This document shows, one piece after another, positions 1-9,313 of a stretch of DNA of 64,000 bases. Source of the stretch: an uncultured bacterium (lineage in GTDB: Bacteria > Acidobacteriota > Thermoanaerobaculia > Multivoradales > JAHZIX01). Under the pieces are notes generated by a model. It did not search any database and was not told the origin of the DNA. It saw only the letters and a list, made by a program, of their open reading frames with translations. The stretch is from the NCBI GenBank assembly GCA_965368975.1, contig CBDUPA010000020.1:1-64000 (forward strand), read 5' to 3'. The position numbers and the translations under genes are program-made. Each line of letters begins with the position of its first letter. The stretch's first letter is position 1.

Positions 1-170
<170 letters not shown>

Positions 171-331
171 TAATATATCTCCTTGATGTTCATTGCATCA
201 GCGGATTCTATCGTCATGACTCGATTCGGTTTCTAAGAGATCGGTATCTCCCGGATACGGGAGAGCCCACCACTCAGAAGTCCACTTCTTTGACAGCGAT
301 CCGCAAGGATCCCTGAAAACCAAATAGGTTT

Positions 332-449
332 TCCTGGTGATAACAGCGAGAAGGCCACACCCGTTCCCATTCCGAACACGGCAGTTAAGCTTCTCTGCGC
401 CGATGGTACTGCACTGGAGACGGTGTGGGAGAGTAGGACGTCGCCAGGA
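332..449 (+). rRNA. rrf: 5S rRNA
   Basis: TCCTGGTG...CACACCCGTTCCCATTCCGAACACGGCAGTTAAGC...GATGGTACT...GGGAGAGTAGGACGTCGCCAGGA; the termini pair. Confidence 0.97.
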
Positions 450-460
450 GTTAATTTCTA

Positions 461-489
461 GAAAACCCTCAGCCTAGCTGGGGGTTTTC
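461..489 (+). terminator. Intrinsic, probably bidirectional terminator ending the rrn operon
   Basis: GAAAACCCTCAGC-CTA-GCTGGGGGTTTTC hairpin immediately after 5S, facing a convergent gene. Confidence 0.8.
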
Positions 490-571
490 GCTTGTGGGGC
501 GAAACTTGCTGCTTTTGCCTGCTCGACAAGAAGCTAGCCAGGTCGGCTCCAAGAAAGACAATGACCGGGAA

Positions 572-1267
572 CTACCAGGGATGCTCTTGACCTTCCCAGG
601 TGAAGAACTTGGCAGTGTCCTCCAGTGTCAAGTTCGCGGCAAGGCGATGCAGAGCGGCAGCAGATTCAACGGCCGTCAGTGGCGCGCGCCGGCCTCCCAT
701 GTCCGTCTGAACCCACCCGGGATGTACCAGTGTCACGATAATGCCGCGTGAACGCAGATCGAAGGCCAGGCTCTTGCTGAGCATATTGAGCGCGGCCTTG
801 CTGGCGCAGTAGCTGTAGTAACCGCCGGTCTCCTTGTTGTGCAGGGAGCCTAGCTGAGATGAGACGTTAAGTACCCGTGGTCGCGCGCTTCGCTCCAACA
901 ACTGCAGACATTCCTGGGCGAGAAGGATCGGCGCGATCGAATTCACGCGGAAGGTGTCGAGGAGTACCTGCGCGCTGAGATTTCCCGGCTGCTCATGCCG
1001 ATGCATGATTCCAGCATTGTTGATCAGAAGATCCAGTTGCCCAGCTCTGTCGGAGACCCGAGCCACCGCCTTCTCCCGGCTTTCCGTGGAAGTTACGTCG
1101 AGGTCGGTCAGAAGAGATAACCGATCGGGATGGGCATCCTGCAGACCTTGTAGGTCGTCGCTCACCTTTCGGCAGCCAGCAAAGACTTGCTGGCCTTGCT
1201 CCAGTGCTTGACGAGTCAGTTCCAGGCCGATGCCACGATTGGTACCCGTGATCAGTAGAGTCTCCAT
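572..1267 (-). CDS. Short-chain dehydrogenase/reductase (CsgA/C-factor-like)
   Basis: ITGTNRGIG, LINNAG, YCASKAAL, VHPGWVQTDMGG; start taken at ATG 1267 because the longer ORF overlaps uvrD. Confidence 0.92.
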   Translation of the reverse strand: METLLITGTNRGIGLELTRQALEQGQQVFAGCRKVSDDLQGLQDAHPDRLSLLTDLDVTSTESREKAVARVSDRAGQLDLLINNAGIMHRHEQPGNLSAQVLLDTFRVNSIAPILLAQECLQLLERSARPRVLNVSSQLGSLHNKETGGYYSYCASKAALNMLSKSLAFDLRSRGIIVTLVHPGWVQTDMGGRRAPLTAVESAAALHRLAANLTLEDTAKFFTWEGQEHPW

Positions 1268-1336
1268 GGAGTGAGTGTACCCCCAAAGGTGGCTATCCCC
1301 TTGCGTCCTCCCTCTGGGTCCGTTAGAACTCGACCT

Positions 1337-3580
1337 ATGTCCAAGATTCATCTCGACCTCGAGAACGTCCTCAATCCCGAGCAGTATCGTGCCGCGACCC
1401 ACGGCGATGGTCCGCAACTGGTGATTGCCGGCGCCGGCTCCGGTAAGACCCGGGTCATCACCCACCGTGTGGCTTGGCTGATCGAAGAGCAGGGCGTGGA
1501 CCCGAGGCACATCGTCGCTGTCACGTTCACCAACAAGGCTGCAGCCGAGATGCGTGAGCGCGTGGAGGAGCTGCTGCACCGGTACCCGCTGCCGACCTTC
1601 CTGGGCACCTTTCACCGCTACTGCCTGCGGTTGCTGCGTCGGTATGGCGAGCGGGTGGGCTTGCGCAACGACTTCACGATCCTCGACACCAACGATCAAC
1701 TGGCCCTGATCAAGGAAGCTTTGGGTCTTGAAGGGTACTCCGAGAAGGCGTTCCCGCCCCGTGCCGTTCTCGCTGAGATTAGCGGTGCGAAGAACCGGCT
1801 GCAGACGCCTGCAGACTACGAGCGAGACGCTGACGGCTTCTTCCAAAGGCGCGTCGTCCAGATCTACCGCCGCTATCAGGGTTTGTTGCAGAGATCCGCT
1901 GGTGTCGACTTCGACGACATGATCGCCTATGCCGTGCGCTTTCTCGAGCAAGACAGCCCAGCCTCGGATCGGTTGCGCGAGCGCGTGGAGTACTTGCTCG
2001 TGGATGAGTTCCAGGATACCAACCATGCACAACTTCGCCTCGTCCAGGCCCTGGCGAGCCCCCAGGTCAACCTCACCGCGGTCGGTGATGAGGACCAGGG
2101 AATCTACCGCTGGCGTGGCGCTGACCTCGACAACATCCTTCAGTTCGAGGATGTCTTTCCGGGTGCCACGATCCGCAAGTTGGAGCAGAACTACCGCTCC
2201 ACACAGACCATTCTCGACGCGTCGGGCGCTCTCATCGCCAACAATGTGGGCCGTCGTGGCAAGAAGCTCTGGACTGAGGGTGCGGTGGGCGAGCCCATTC
2301 GGCTCTACCGGGCGTCGGACGAGCTGGACGAGGCGCGCTGGCTAGTCGGGGCACTGCAAGATCTCCGTGGCACGTGCTCGCTGGCCTCGATGGCGATCTT
2401 GGTGCGCACCAACGCCCAGACGCGTGCGCTGGAGGAGGAACTGAATCGGCGTGGCGTTGCCTACCAGCTGATCGGTGGCACACGCTTCTACGACCGCGCC
2501 GAGATCAAGGACTTGATCGCCTATCTGCGAGTCTTGCGCAACCCGCACGATGACTATTCTCTGAATCGCATCCTCAACCAGCCTCCGCGCGGCATCGGAG
2601 CCGCCACGGAGCAGCTCTTGCGGGACCGTGCCAAGGAGCTCAAGCAGCCAGTCTGGGATGTCCTCGACCTTGACGACTTCGGTTCCTTCCCCCGCCGCGC
2701 TGGAATCGCGCTGCGCAAGTTCCGTGATCTGATCCGCAGTCTGCGCAAGCTGTCGGCTGACTTACCGTTGCCCAGTCTCCTCGATCAGTTGCTCGCGGCG
2801 ACGCAGTACAAAGAACTCTACAACCGCGAGAACCCGGAAGGACAAGCTCGCCTCGAGAACATCGCGGAGTTTCTTTCGGCGGCTCAAGAGTTCACCGAGC
2901 AGAACAGCTACCAAAGTGAGCAGGACGACCTGCTCACCGGCTTCTTGGATCACGTGTCTCTGGTCGCTGATGTGGACTCGTTGCAGGGCGGCGGCGGTGT
3001 CAAGCTGATGACTCTGCACAGTGCCAAGGGGCTCGAGTTCCCAGTGGTGGCGCTCTCGGGCTTGGAGGACGGGCTGTTGCCGCACTTCAATGCTCAAGGA
3101 AGCCAGGCCGACGTAGAAGAGGAGAGACGCCTGTTGTACGTCGGAATGACGCGGGCCAAAGAGCGCCTACTCCTCTCCTGCTGCCGCCGCCGTCGCATCG
3201 CCGGCCGCTATCAGGATCAAGACGAGTCGCCTTTCCTGGCCCAGCTGCCCGAGGAACACCTGGATGCCACGCTCAGCCCAGCCATGTTCGAGCGGCGTAG
3301 CCAGAACGTCTACTCCTTCTTTGGTCGCGATCGGGAGCGTTCAGGCCGATCTCCGGAGGATGAGCCGCAGTGGGCTCCGGCGGAAGATCCGGTGTACGAC
3401 CCGGACGCGGGTACACCCTCTATCCGTCGTGGAGGCCGCGTGCAACACCCAACGCTCGGCCAGGGTACGGTGCTCCAGATGAGCGGCACGGGTGATAGCG
3501 CCAAACTGGTCGTCATCTTCGACCGCGTCGGCCGCCGCAAGCTGGTGGCCAAGTATGCGAACCTGGAAGCGCTGGACTGA
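1337..3580 (+). CDS. uvrD: UvrD/PcrA superfamily 1A DNA helicase
   Basis: AGAGSGKT, LVDEFQDTN, VGDEDQGIY, LEQNYRST, TLHSAKGLEF, EEERRLLYVGMTRAK; C-terminal Tudor-like domain (RVQHPTLGQGTV). Confidence 0.95.
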   Translation: MSKIHLDLENVLNPEQYRAATHGDGPQLVIAGAGSGKTRVITHRVAWLIEEQGVDPRHIVAVTFTNKAAAEMRERVEELLHRYPLPTFLGTFHRYCLRLLRRYGERVGLRNDFTILDTNDQLALIKEALGLEGYSEKAFPPRAVLAEISGAKNRLQTPADYERDADGFFQRRVVQIYRRYQGLLQRSAGVDFDDMIAYAVRFLEQDSPASDRLRERVEYLLVDEFQDTNHAQLRLVQALASPQVNLTAVGDEDQGIYRWRGADLDNILQFEDVFPGATIRKLEQNYRSTQTILDASGALIANNVGRRGKKLWTEGAVGEPIRLYRASDELDEARWLVGALQDLRGTCSLASMAILVRTNAQTRALEEELNRRGVAYQLIGGTRFYDRAEIKDLIAYLRVLRNPHDDYSLNRILNQPPRGIGAATEQLLRDRAKELKQPVWDVLDLDDFGSFPRRAGIALRKFRDLIRSLRKLSADLPLPSLLDQLLAATQYKELYNRENPEGQARLENIAEFLSAAQEFTEQNSYQSEQDDLLTGFLDHVSLVADVDSLQGGGGVKLMTLHSAKGLEFPVVALSGLEDGLLPHFNAQGSQADVEEERRLLYVGMTRAKERLLLSCCRRRRIAGRYQDQDESPFLAQLPEEHLDATLSPAMFERRSQNVYSFFGRDRERSGRSPEDEPQWAPAEDPVYDPDAGTPSIRRGGRVQHPTLGQGTVLQMSGTGDSAKLVVIFDRVGRRKLVAKYANLEALD

Positions 3581-3585
3581 CGGGT

Positions 3586-4404
3586 TTACGGTGACACCCA
3601 CAGCTTGACCGCGAACGCCAGGATCGTGATGGTGACGACGCGCTTGAGCCACTTGTGACCTCGGTAGACGGCCAAGTGCACGCCAAGCTGGCTACCAGCG
3701 ACGCTGCCCACGGCCAGTATCAGGCCGGTGATCCAGTCGACTTGCCCCTGCGAGGCGAAGATACCCAGCGATACAGCCGTGAACAGAAGGATCACGAGGG
3801 CCTTGAGAGCGTTTCCGCGCACCAGGTCGACACCAACGTGAGTCAGGGCGGCCAGGATCAGCAAGCCGACGCCGGCCTGCACCAGGCCACCATAGAGTCC
3901 GACGCCGAAGAAGCTCACCAGCAGCAGCGCTTGCTCCCGGCGCTGCAGCTCCGGCAGAGGAAGCCAGTTGCCTTCCTCGTCTCGCTCGGCAGCCGTTCGA
4001 CGATACTTCTTCAGCGGGTCCCAGACCGTCCATAAGGACAGGCCCACCATGCACAATGCCAGGATGCGGCGGAAGGCGTCGTCGCCCACAACCAGTGCCG
4101 CCCACGTCCCGAGGATCGAGCCGAGGATTGCCGGCACAACAACCCAGGGAGCCCAGCGCCAGGGCAGCACCCGATGCCGATGGAAGCCCCACACCGCTCC
4201 GACGTTCTGCAGCGTCACCGCGACTCGATTCGTGCCGTTGGCGAGTGTTGCGGGTAGGCCGAGGAAAATCAGAATCGGTAGGGTCAGGAACGAGCCACCG
4301 CCAGCGAGTGTGTTGATTGTCCCCGCGGCGGCGCCGGCAGCAAACAAGACGAGATAGCGCACGACCTCGGAATCCCAGATCTCTGCGGCAGCGAACTCGA
4401 TCAT
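3586..4404 (-). CDS. Sulfite exporter TauE/SafE (TSUP) family membrane protein
   Basis: AGTINTLAGGGS, ANGTNR, GLYGGLVQAGVG motifs; multiple TM helices; start ATG 4404 or 4407. Confidence 0.88.
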   Translation of the reverse strand: MIEFAAAEIWDSEVVRYLVLFAAGAAAGTINTLAGGGSFLTLPILIFLGLPATLANGTNRVAVTLQNVGAVWGFHRHRVLPWRWAPWVVVPAILGSILGTWAALVVGDDAFRRILALCMVGLSLWTVWDPLKKYRRTAAERDEEGNWLPLPELQRREQALLLVSFFGVGLYGGLVQAGVGLLILAALTHVGVDLVRGNALKALVILLFTAVSLGIFASQGQVDWITGLILAVGSVAGSQLGVHLAVYRGHKWLKRVVTITILAFAVKLWVSP

Positions 4405-4502
4405 CATCAGAGGCTATCCGATCCGTACCGCTGAAGGAAGCTGAGAACTCCGGGGAGAGGCAGACTTGCATGCCTCGAGGCTGCCGATCCACAATGCCGG
4501 CT

Positions 4503-5540
4503 ATGGCTGACAAGCGCGTCTACATTGCATACACGGGCGGCACGATCGGGATGCAGCGGACCGCCCAGGGGTATGCGCCGGCTTCTGGCTACTTGGCAGA
4601 GCAGATGGCGACCATGGAGGAGTTGCGGTCGCCGCTGATGCCGGCCTTCGACATCCATGAGTTCGACGTGCTGCTCGACTCTTCGGACATGATGCCCTCC
4701 GATTGGGTCGAGATCGGACGCGACATCGAGCGCAACTACCACGCCTACGATGGTTTCGTCGTGCTGCATGGAACAGACACCATGTCCTACACGGCGTCGG
4801 CCTTGTCGTTTCTGCTCGAGAACCTGGCCAAGCCAGTGATCGTCACCGGTGCGCAGATTCCGCTGGCGGAAGTCCGCAATGACGCTCGCGACAACCTGCT
4901 GACCTCCCTCTTGCTAGCAGGTACCCATCGGATTCCAGAGGCTTGCCTCTACTTCGGCAACCGATTGCTGCGCGGCAACCGGACGCGCAAGGTCAGCGCT
5001 CGCTCGCTCGACGCTTTCCGTTCAGCCAACTATCCGCCGCTCGGCTCGATCGGCATCAACATTCGCATCCACTGGGAGGCCGTGCGGCCGTTGCCACCGC
5101 TAGAAGCGCCGTTCCATGTCCAAAGCGTCGAGAATCCGCGCATCGGTGCGATTCGCCTGTTTCCGGGTATCGATGCGGGCTTGGTGCGCAACTTTCTCAG
5201 TCCACCGCTGCGCGGTGCTGTGCTCGAAGCCTATGGCTCGGGCAACGGACCGGCGCGCAACCGTGAGTTGATGACTGCCTTGCGCGAAGCGTGCGACCGT
5301 GGGGTGGTCGTGGTGGACTGCACGCAGTGCCAGGAGGGGAGCGTGCGCCTGGAAGCCTACGCGACCGGCCGTGCACTTCAGGACGTCGGCGTCATCGGAG
5401 CTGCGGACATGACGGCCGAAGCGGCGTTGACCAAGCTCTACTACTTGTTCGGTCAGGGACTGAAGCCCGAAGAAGTGCGCGTCTTGATGCAGCGCAACCT
5501 GCGTGGTGAGTTGACAGAAAGAGCGCCGGAAGGGCACTAG
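4503..5540 (+). CDS. ansA: Type I (cytoplasmic) L-asparaginase
   Basis: YTGGTIGM, LLDSSDM, GFVVLHGTDTM, DMTAEAALTKL. Confidence 0.93.
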   Translation: MADKRVYIAYTGGTIGMQRTAQGYAPASGYLAEQMATMEELRSPLMPAFDIHEFDVLLDSSDMMPSDWVEIGRDIERNYHAYDGFVVLHGTDTMSYTASALSFLLENLAKPVIVTGAQIPLAEVRNDARDNLLTSLLLAGTHRIPEACLYFGNRLLRGNRTRKVSARSLDAFRSANYPPLGSIGINIRIHWEAVRPLPPLEAPFHVQSVENPRIGAIRLFPGIDAGLVRNFLSPPLRGAVLEAYGSGNGPARNRELMTALREACDRGVVVVDCTQCQEGSVRLEAYATGRALQDVGVIGAADMTAEAALTKLYYLFGQGLKPEEVRVLMQRNLRGELTERAPEGH

Positions 5541-5593
5541 CCTACTTCCGGCGCTGTCGAGGCTACTCTCTGCTGATGTTCTCGACGTCGGGC

Positions 5594-6496
5594 TCAGCGT
5601 TGCTGCAGCTTGACGGTACCGGAGAAGCTGCTCACCTCGATCTGGGCGCCGCCGCCGTTGAGTGAGAAGTGGAGTTCTTTGCCCGGCGTGTAGCGATCAG
5701 TACGCTCGGGCTCGTCGGAGCTGAGGTCGTTGAGGATGTCGCCGCTGAACGTCTCGACCTCGATGTCAGCGCCGATACTGCCTGGCAGATTGAGCTCGAT
5801 CATGCCGGAGTGGTTCTCGACCTCCAGCTGGCCGTTGGCCGCCAGGTCGCCGGTGAACACCAGGCGTCCGGATACGGTAGAGAGCTCGCCCCGGCGCAGG
5901 TTGCTCGCCGTCACTTCGACGACACCGCTGACCGACTGCACGCTCAGCTCTTCTTCGGCACCCTCGATGCTCGCCTTGCCGCTGACCAGCTCGACCTCGA
6001 CGGACGGGGAAGCGCCGGTAACGGTGGCATCACCACTGACTGCAGAAATCTGAATGCTAGCGGCGTCGGCGGAGACGGTGATGTTGCCACTGACCGATTC
6101 CAGCTCGAGGGCGCCGTCGAGTTCACTGGCTTCGATCGAGGCACTGACCGTTTCCACGCTCAGGCTGCCGCCACTCGGCATGTGGATCGTGAGGTCCGCG
6201 GAGGCGTCGTTCAAGCGGCGGTTCCGGCCTTCTGGCAGATCGACCTCGATATGGATCCGGTCACCGGACGCGTCGACCGACAACTCCTCGACGTCGTCAC
6301 CGAGTGTGCCGGTGACCTGGACCTCGTCCCGATTCCACCCCTTCACCGTAATGGAACCCGAGATGTTCTCTACGCTCACCGCCGCGTTGGCGTTGGCCGG
6401 GTAGGTTTGGTCGACAGGACGCTCCGCCAGCGTTGGCAGGGCGCAGAGGAAGGAAGTCAGTACAAGGAGGAGAAGAGTACGCAAGGTGCTGTGCAT
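5594..6496 (-). CDS. Secreted DUF4097 (beta-strand repeat, adhesin-like) protein
   Basis: Signal peptide; repeated (E/S)xVSGxI beta-solenoid units; lies downstream of the anti-sigma gene. Confidence 0.8.
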   Translation of the reverse strand: MHSTLRTLLLLVLTSFLCALPTLAERPVDQTYPANANAAVSVENISGSITVKGWNRDEVQVTGTLGDDVEELSVDASGDRIHIEVDLPEGRNRRLNDASADLTIHMPSGGSLSVETVSASIEASELDGALELESVSGNITVSADAASIQISAVSGDATVTGASPSVEVELVSGKASIEGAEEELSVQSVSGVVEVTASNLRRGELSTVSGRLVFTGDLAANGQLEVENHSGMIELNLPGSIGADIEVETFSGDILNDLSSDEPERTDRYTPGKELHFSLNGGGAQIEVSSFSGTVKLQQR

Positions 6497-6581
6497 GATG
6501 ATGCTCCAGGGTTAGAGACCTCGGGCGAGAGGTCGGATTGTCTGTGGTTGCGAAAGGGTGTCTGCGTCTGTGCCGCCAAGG

Positions 6582-7349
6582 TCAGCTCTGAGGTAGCTGT
6601 GTCGCGCGCTTCAGGAGTTGAACCTCGCGCTGGTAGCTCGCCGTGAGCAGATGCCGTAGCTCGGGATTCTCCGGGTCTTGTTCCAAGGCCTGGCGAATCT
6701 CGCTGATGGCTTGATCGATCAGGTCCAGATTTCGCTCAACCACCTCTAGGGTGGCTGGCGAGAGTTGGTCCCGGCGCTGTCCCAGAGCCGTGTGTAGCTG
6801 CCGTCGCGCCTGCTCGAACTCGACTTCCACCTGCCGGTAGCTCGAGTCGCTGTCGCTGGTGCTGGCATTCCTACTGGCGGGCAGGGTACCGACGCCATCG
6901 GGTAGGACGCTCTCCGCGGCAGACTCGGGGCCCGTCTCGTTGGGCCCCAACCGCGGGAACGTCGGCATGAGGTAGAGTGCTGCCAGACCAGTGAGGATCA
7001 GCAAGGCCACGGTGGCGGCCAGTGCCGCCGTCCGCGTCGTGTCTCCGGCGGGCGCCTTCGTCCACCAGCGCCGCCAACCCTGGCTGCGATCCGCCGTTTC
7101 TCGCGCCTGGGGCTCGATCGCCAAGCGCGCGGCAATCTCCGGCCACAGGTCTCGGCGGGGTGCCACGTCGACGCTGAGCGCCGCCGTTCGCTGCCGCAGT
7201 TGCCGCAGCCCGTCCAGTTCACGGTGGCAGCTATCACAAGCTTCCAGGTGCTGTTGTAGTTGCTGGCCGTCCGTCTCGGACAGGTCGCCGTCCAGAAAGT
7301 CGTGAAGGCTGTCAGCCCAGGTGTCGCAGGGTCGATTCGTGGTGTTCAT
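6582..7349 (-). CDS. Zinc-binding (zf-HC2/ZAS) transmembrane anti-sigma factor
   Basis: C...LHDFLDGDL...HLEACDSC (HxxxCxxC), one TM helix, helical C-terminal domain; ATGA overlap with the sigma gene stop. Confidence 0.88.
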   Translation of the reverse strand: MNTTNRPCDTWADSLHDFLDGDLSETDGQQLQQHLEACDSCHRELDGLRQLRQRTAALSVDVAPRRDLWPEIAARLAIEPQARETADRSQGWRRWWTKAPAGDTTRTAALAATVALLILTGLAALYLMPTFPRLGPNETGPESAAESVLPDGVGTLPASRNASTSDSDSSYRQVEVEFEQARRQLHTALGQRRDQLSPATLEVVERNLDLIDQAISEIRQALEQDPENPELRHLLTASYQREVQLLKRATQLPQS

Positions 7350-7915
7350 GACGTCAAGCTCTCGCGTAGCAACCGGCGGGCGCGGTGCAGCTGGGCTTTG
7401 GAAGTACCCACGGCGACCCCGGTCAGCTCGGAAATTTCCTTGTGTTGGTAGCCCTGCATGTCGTGTAGCACGAAGACTTCCCGCGCACGTGCCGGCAAAG
7501 CGGAGATCGCGCGCTCCAGGTCCACAGCGGTGCCAGTCGAGGTAGGGCGCCGCTCTTCTGCATGGTCGAGCTGGTCGGAGTTCGTGAAGCGCTCCTGGTG
7601 CCGGCTCAGACTGCGCAGCGCGCTGCACGCCAGGTTGACGGTCAGCCGGTGCAGCCAGGACGCCAGCCGGCTCGCACCCCGGAAGCTGTGCAGACGCTGC
7701 CAGGCACGCACGAAGACATCTTGCGTAAGTTCCTCGGCGCGTCCGGCGTCGCCGCTCAACCGTAAGCACAGGCCGTAGACGCGCGCCACGTGCAGGCGAT
7801 ACAGTTGCTCGAAAGCTCTCCGGTCACCGCCGCAGGCGCGCTCGACCAACCGACGCTCCTGCTGGAGATCTTGCAGGTTGACCGGCACTTCGAGGGAGTC
7901 TCTTCGCGGGTTCAC
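7346..7915 (-). CDS. ECF RNA polymerase sigma factor
   Basis: GDRRAFEQLY, AEELTQDVFVRAW, SWLHRLTVN, EISELTGVAVGTSKAQLHRAR; start uncertain (GTG 7915 after AGGGA, or 7888; the ORF extends to 8044). Confidence 0.9.
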   Translation of the reverse strand: MNPRRDSLEVPVNLQDLQQERRLVERACGGDRRAFEQLYRLHVARVYGLCLRLSGDAGRAEELTQDVFVRAWQRLHSFRGASRLASWLHRLTVNLACSALRSLSRHQERFTNSDQLDHAEERRPTSTGTAVDLERAISALPARAREVFVLHDMQGYQHKEISELTGVAVGTSKAQLHRARRLLRESLTS

Positions 7916-8045
7916 GACGTAGCCGTCCCTGCGTCGCCGAAGGCTCTCGAGCTGGCTGACCGCGGGGCGGTAGGCTGCTCTCTGCGCGGGCGGTTCGGCG
8001 TTCGAGGCCGTGCGGTAGTCAAAGTTCGATCCGTTCACGCCCATT

Positions 8046-8074
8046 TAGACGCTGGCGCTGAGCCGAGGGTTTGA
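8046..8074 (-). promoter_or_regulatory. Putative ECF-type autoregulatory promoter (TCAAAC-N17-CGTCTA)
   Basis: AAC...CGTC with 17-nt spacing upstream of the ECF gene, a typical ECF -35/-10 pattern. Confidence 0.5.
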
Positions 8075-8101
8075 ATCGAATTCCGATTTCGCGTCGGTCG
8101 G

Positions 8102-9223
8102 CTACGCTGCAGCCTCTTCCGCTTCCAGCAAGAGGCGCAGGACGTTCTCGCCCAGGATGCCCCGGACCGTCCGGGCGTCGAGGCCGCGCTCGACCAGCGC
8201 TGCGGTGAGCGCCGGGAAACACGAGGAATCCTCGAAGCCATCCACGACCTCTGGGATGCCGTCGAAGTCGGAGCCAATGCCGACATGTTCGGGGCCCGCC
8301 ACCGCCACAAGGTGCACCACGTGGTCGATGTAGCGCTCCAGTGACACGGGGGGTAACGGCCATTCTTCTACCAGCCGCTGCCTGATCTCGACCGCGGCCC
8401 GCGAATTCTCCTGATCGAGTGCCAGCATGAGAGGGCCGAAGCGTTGTAGCCGCTCGCCTGCCGCTTGGGCGGCCTCTGGGGCGACGAAGGGCGGATAGCT
8501 GTTGGCCATCACCACGCCGCCCTTGGCCGCGACATCTCGAATCAGGTCGTCCGGAAGGTTGCGTGGATGATCGCACAGCGCTCGGCATGAGCTGTGGCTG
8601 GCGATCAATGGCCCCCGGCTGACCTCCAGTACGTGGCGGACAGCATCGTCGGACACGTGTGAGATGTCCGGCAGAATACCCAGCTCGTTCATCCGCCGTA
8701 CGAGCTGCACGCCCTGCTCGCTGAGGCCGCCGTGCCGTGGTAAGTCCGTCGAGGCGTCGCACCACTCGTGACTGCTGATGTGGGTCAACGTGACGTAGCG
8801 CACGCCCATCTCGGCGCAGCGTTCCAGGGTCCCTGGAAGTTGCAGTGGCCTACCGTTCTCGATTCCGAGCAGCACGGCGACAGCTCCCCGCTCCACGGTC
8901 TCGCGCAGTTCCGCGGCTCGTCGTACCAGCTCCAACTGTCCCGGATGCAACTGTTCGCGCACCCGGTGGTACAGCCGCAGAATACGCTCCCAGCCACGCT
9001 CGGGACTCAGCCCGGAGGGTACGTAGAGCGCGAAGAACAAGCCATTGACCCCACCCCGACGCAGCTTGGGCAGATTGGAGTGGTAGTCCGGCAACTCATC
9101 GGTGAGTCGAACGGCGCGCTCGTCCAGACGCATCGGAACGTCGGTATGTCCATCGATCACCAGCGCGTCGTGATGAAGGCTCGCTACATCGACCGAAGCG
9201 CGGGGGGGCCGGTGTACGTCCAT
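8102..9223 (-). CDS. Membrane dipeptidase (peptidase M19)
   Basis: IDGHTD, LGIENG, RYVTLTH, DISHVS, IASHS, HVGIGSDFDG. Confidence 0.92.
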   Translation of the reverse strand: MDVHRPPRASVDVASLHHDALVIDGHTDVPMRLDERAVRLTDELPDYHSNLPKLRRGGVNGLFFALYVPSGLSPERGWERILRLYHRVREQLHPGQLELVRRAAELRETVERGAVAVLLGIENGRPLQLPGTLERCAEMGVRYVTLTHISSHEWCDASTDLPRHGGLSEQGVQLVRRMNELGILPDISHVSDDAVRHVLEVSRGPLIASHSSCRALCDHPRNLPDDLIRDVAAKGGVVMANSYPPFVAPEAAQAAGERLQRFGPLMLALDQENSRAAVEIRQRLVEEWPLPPVSLERYIDHVVHLVAVAGPEHVGIGSDFDGIPEVVDGFEDSSCFPALTAALVERGLDARTVRGILGENVLRLLLEAEEAAA

Positions 9224-9313
9224 TGGGACAGTCTACCCTCCTGAGCCCGTCGATACAGCGGCCACCAAGGAGAGTCAGCGGCAGACAGGCTCGGTAAGCT
9301 ACAATGAAGTTCT

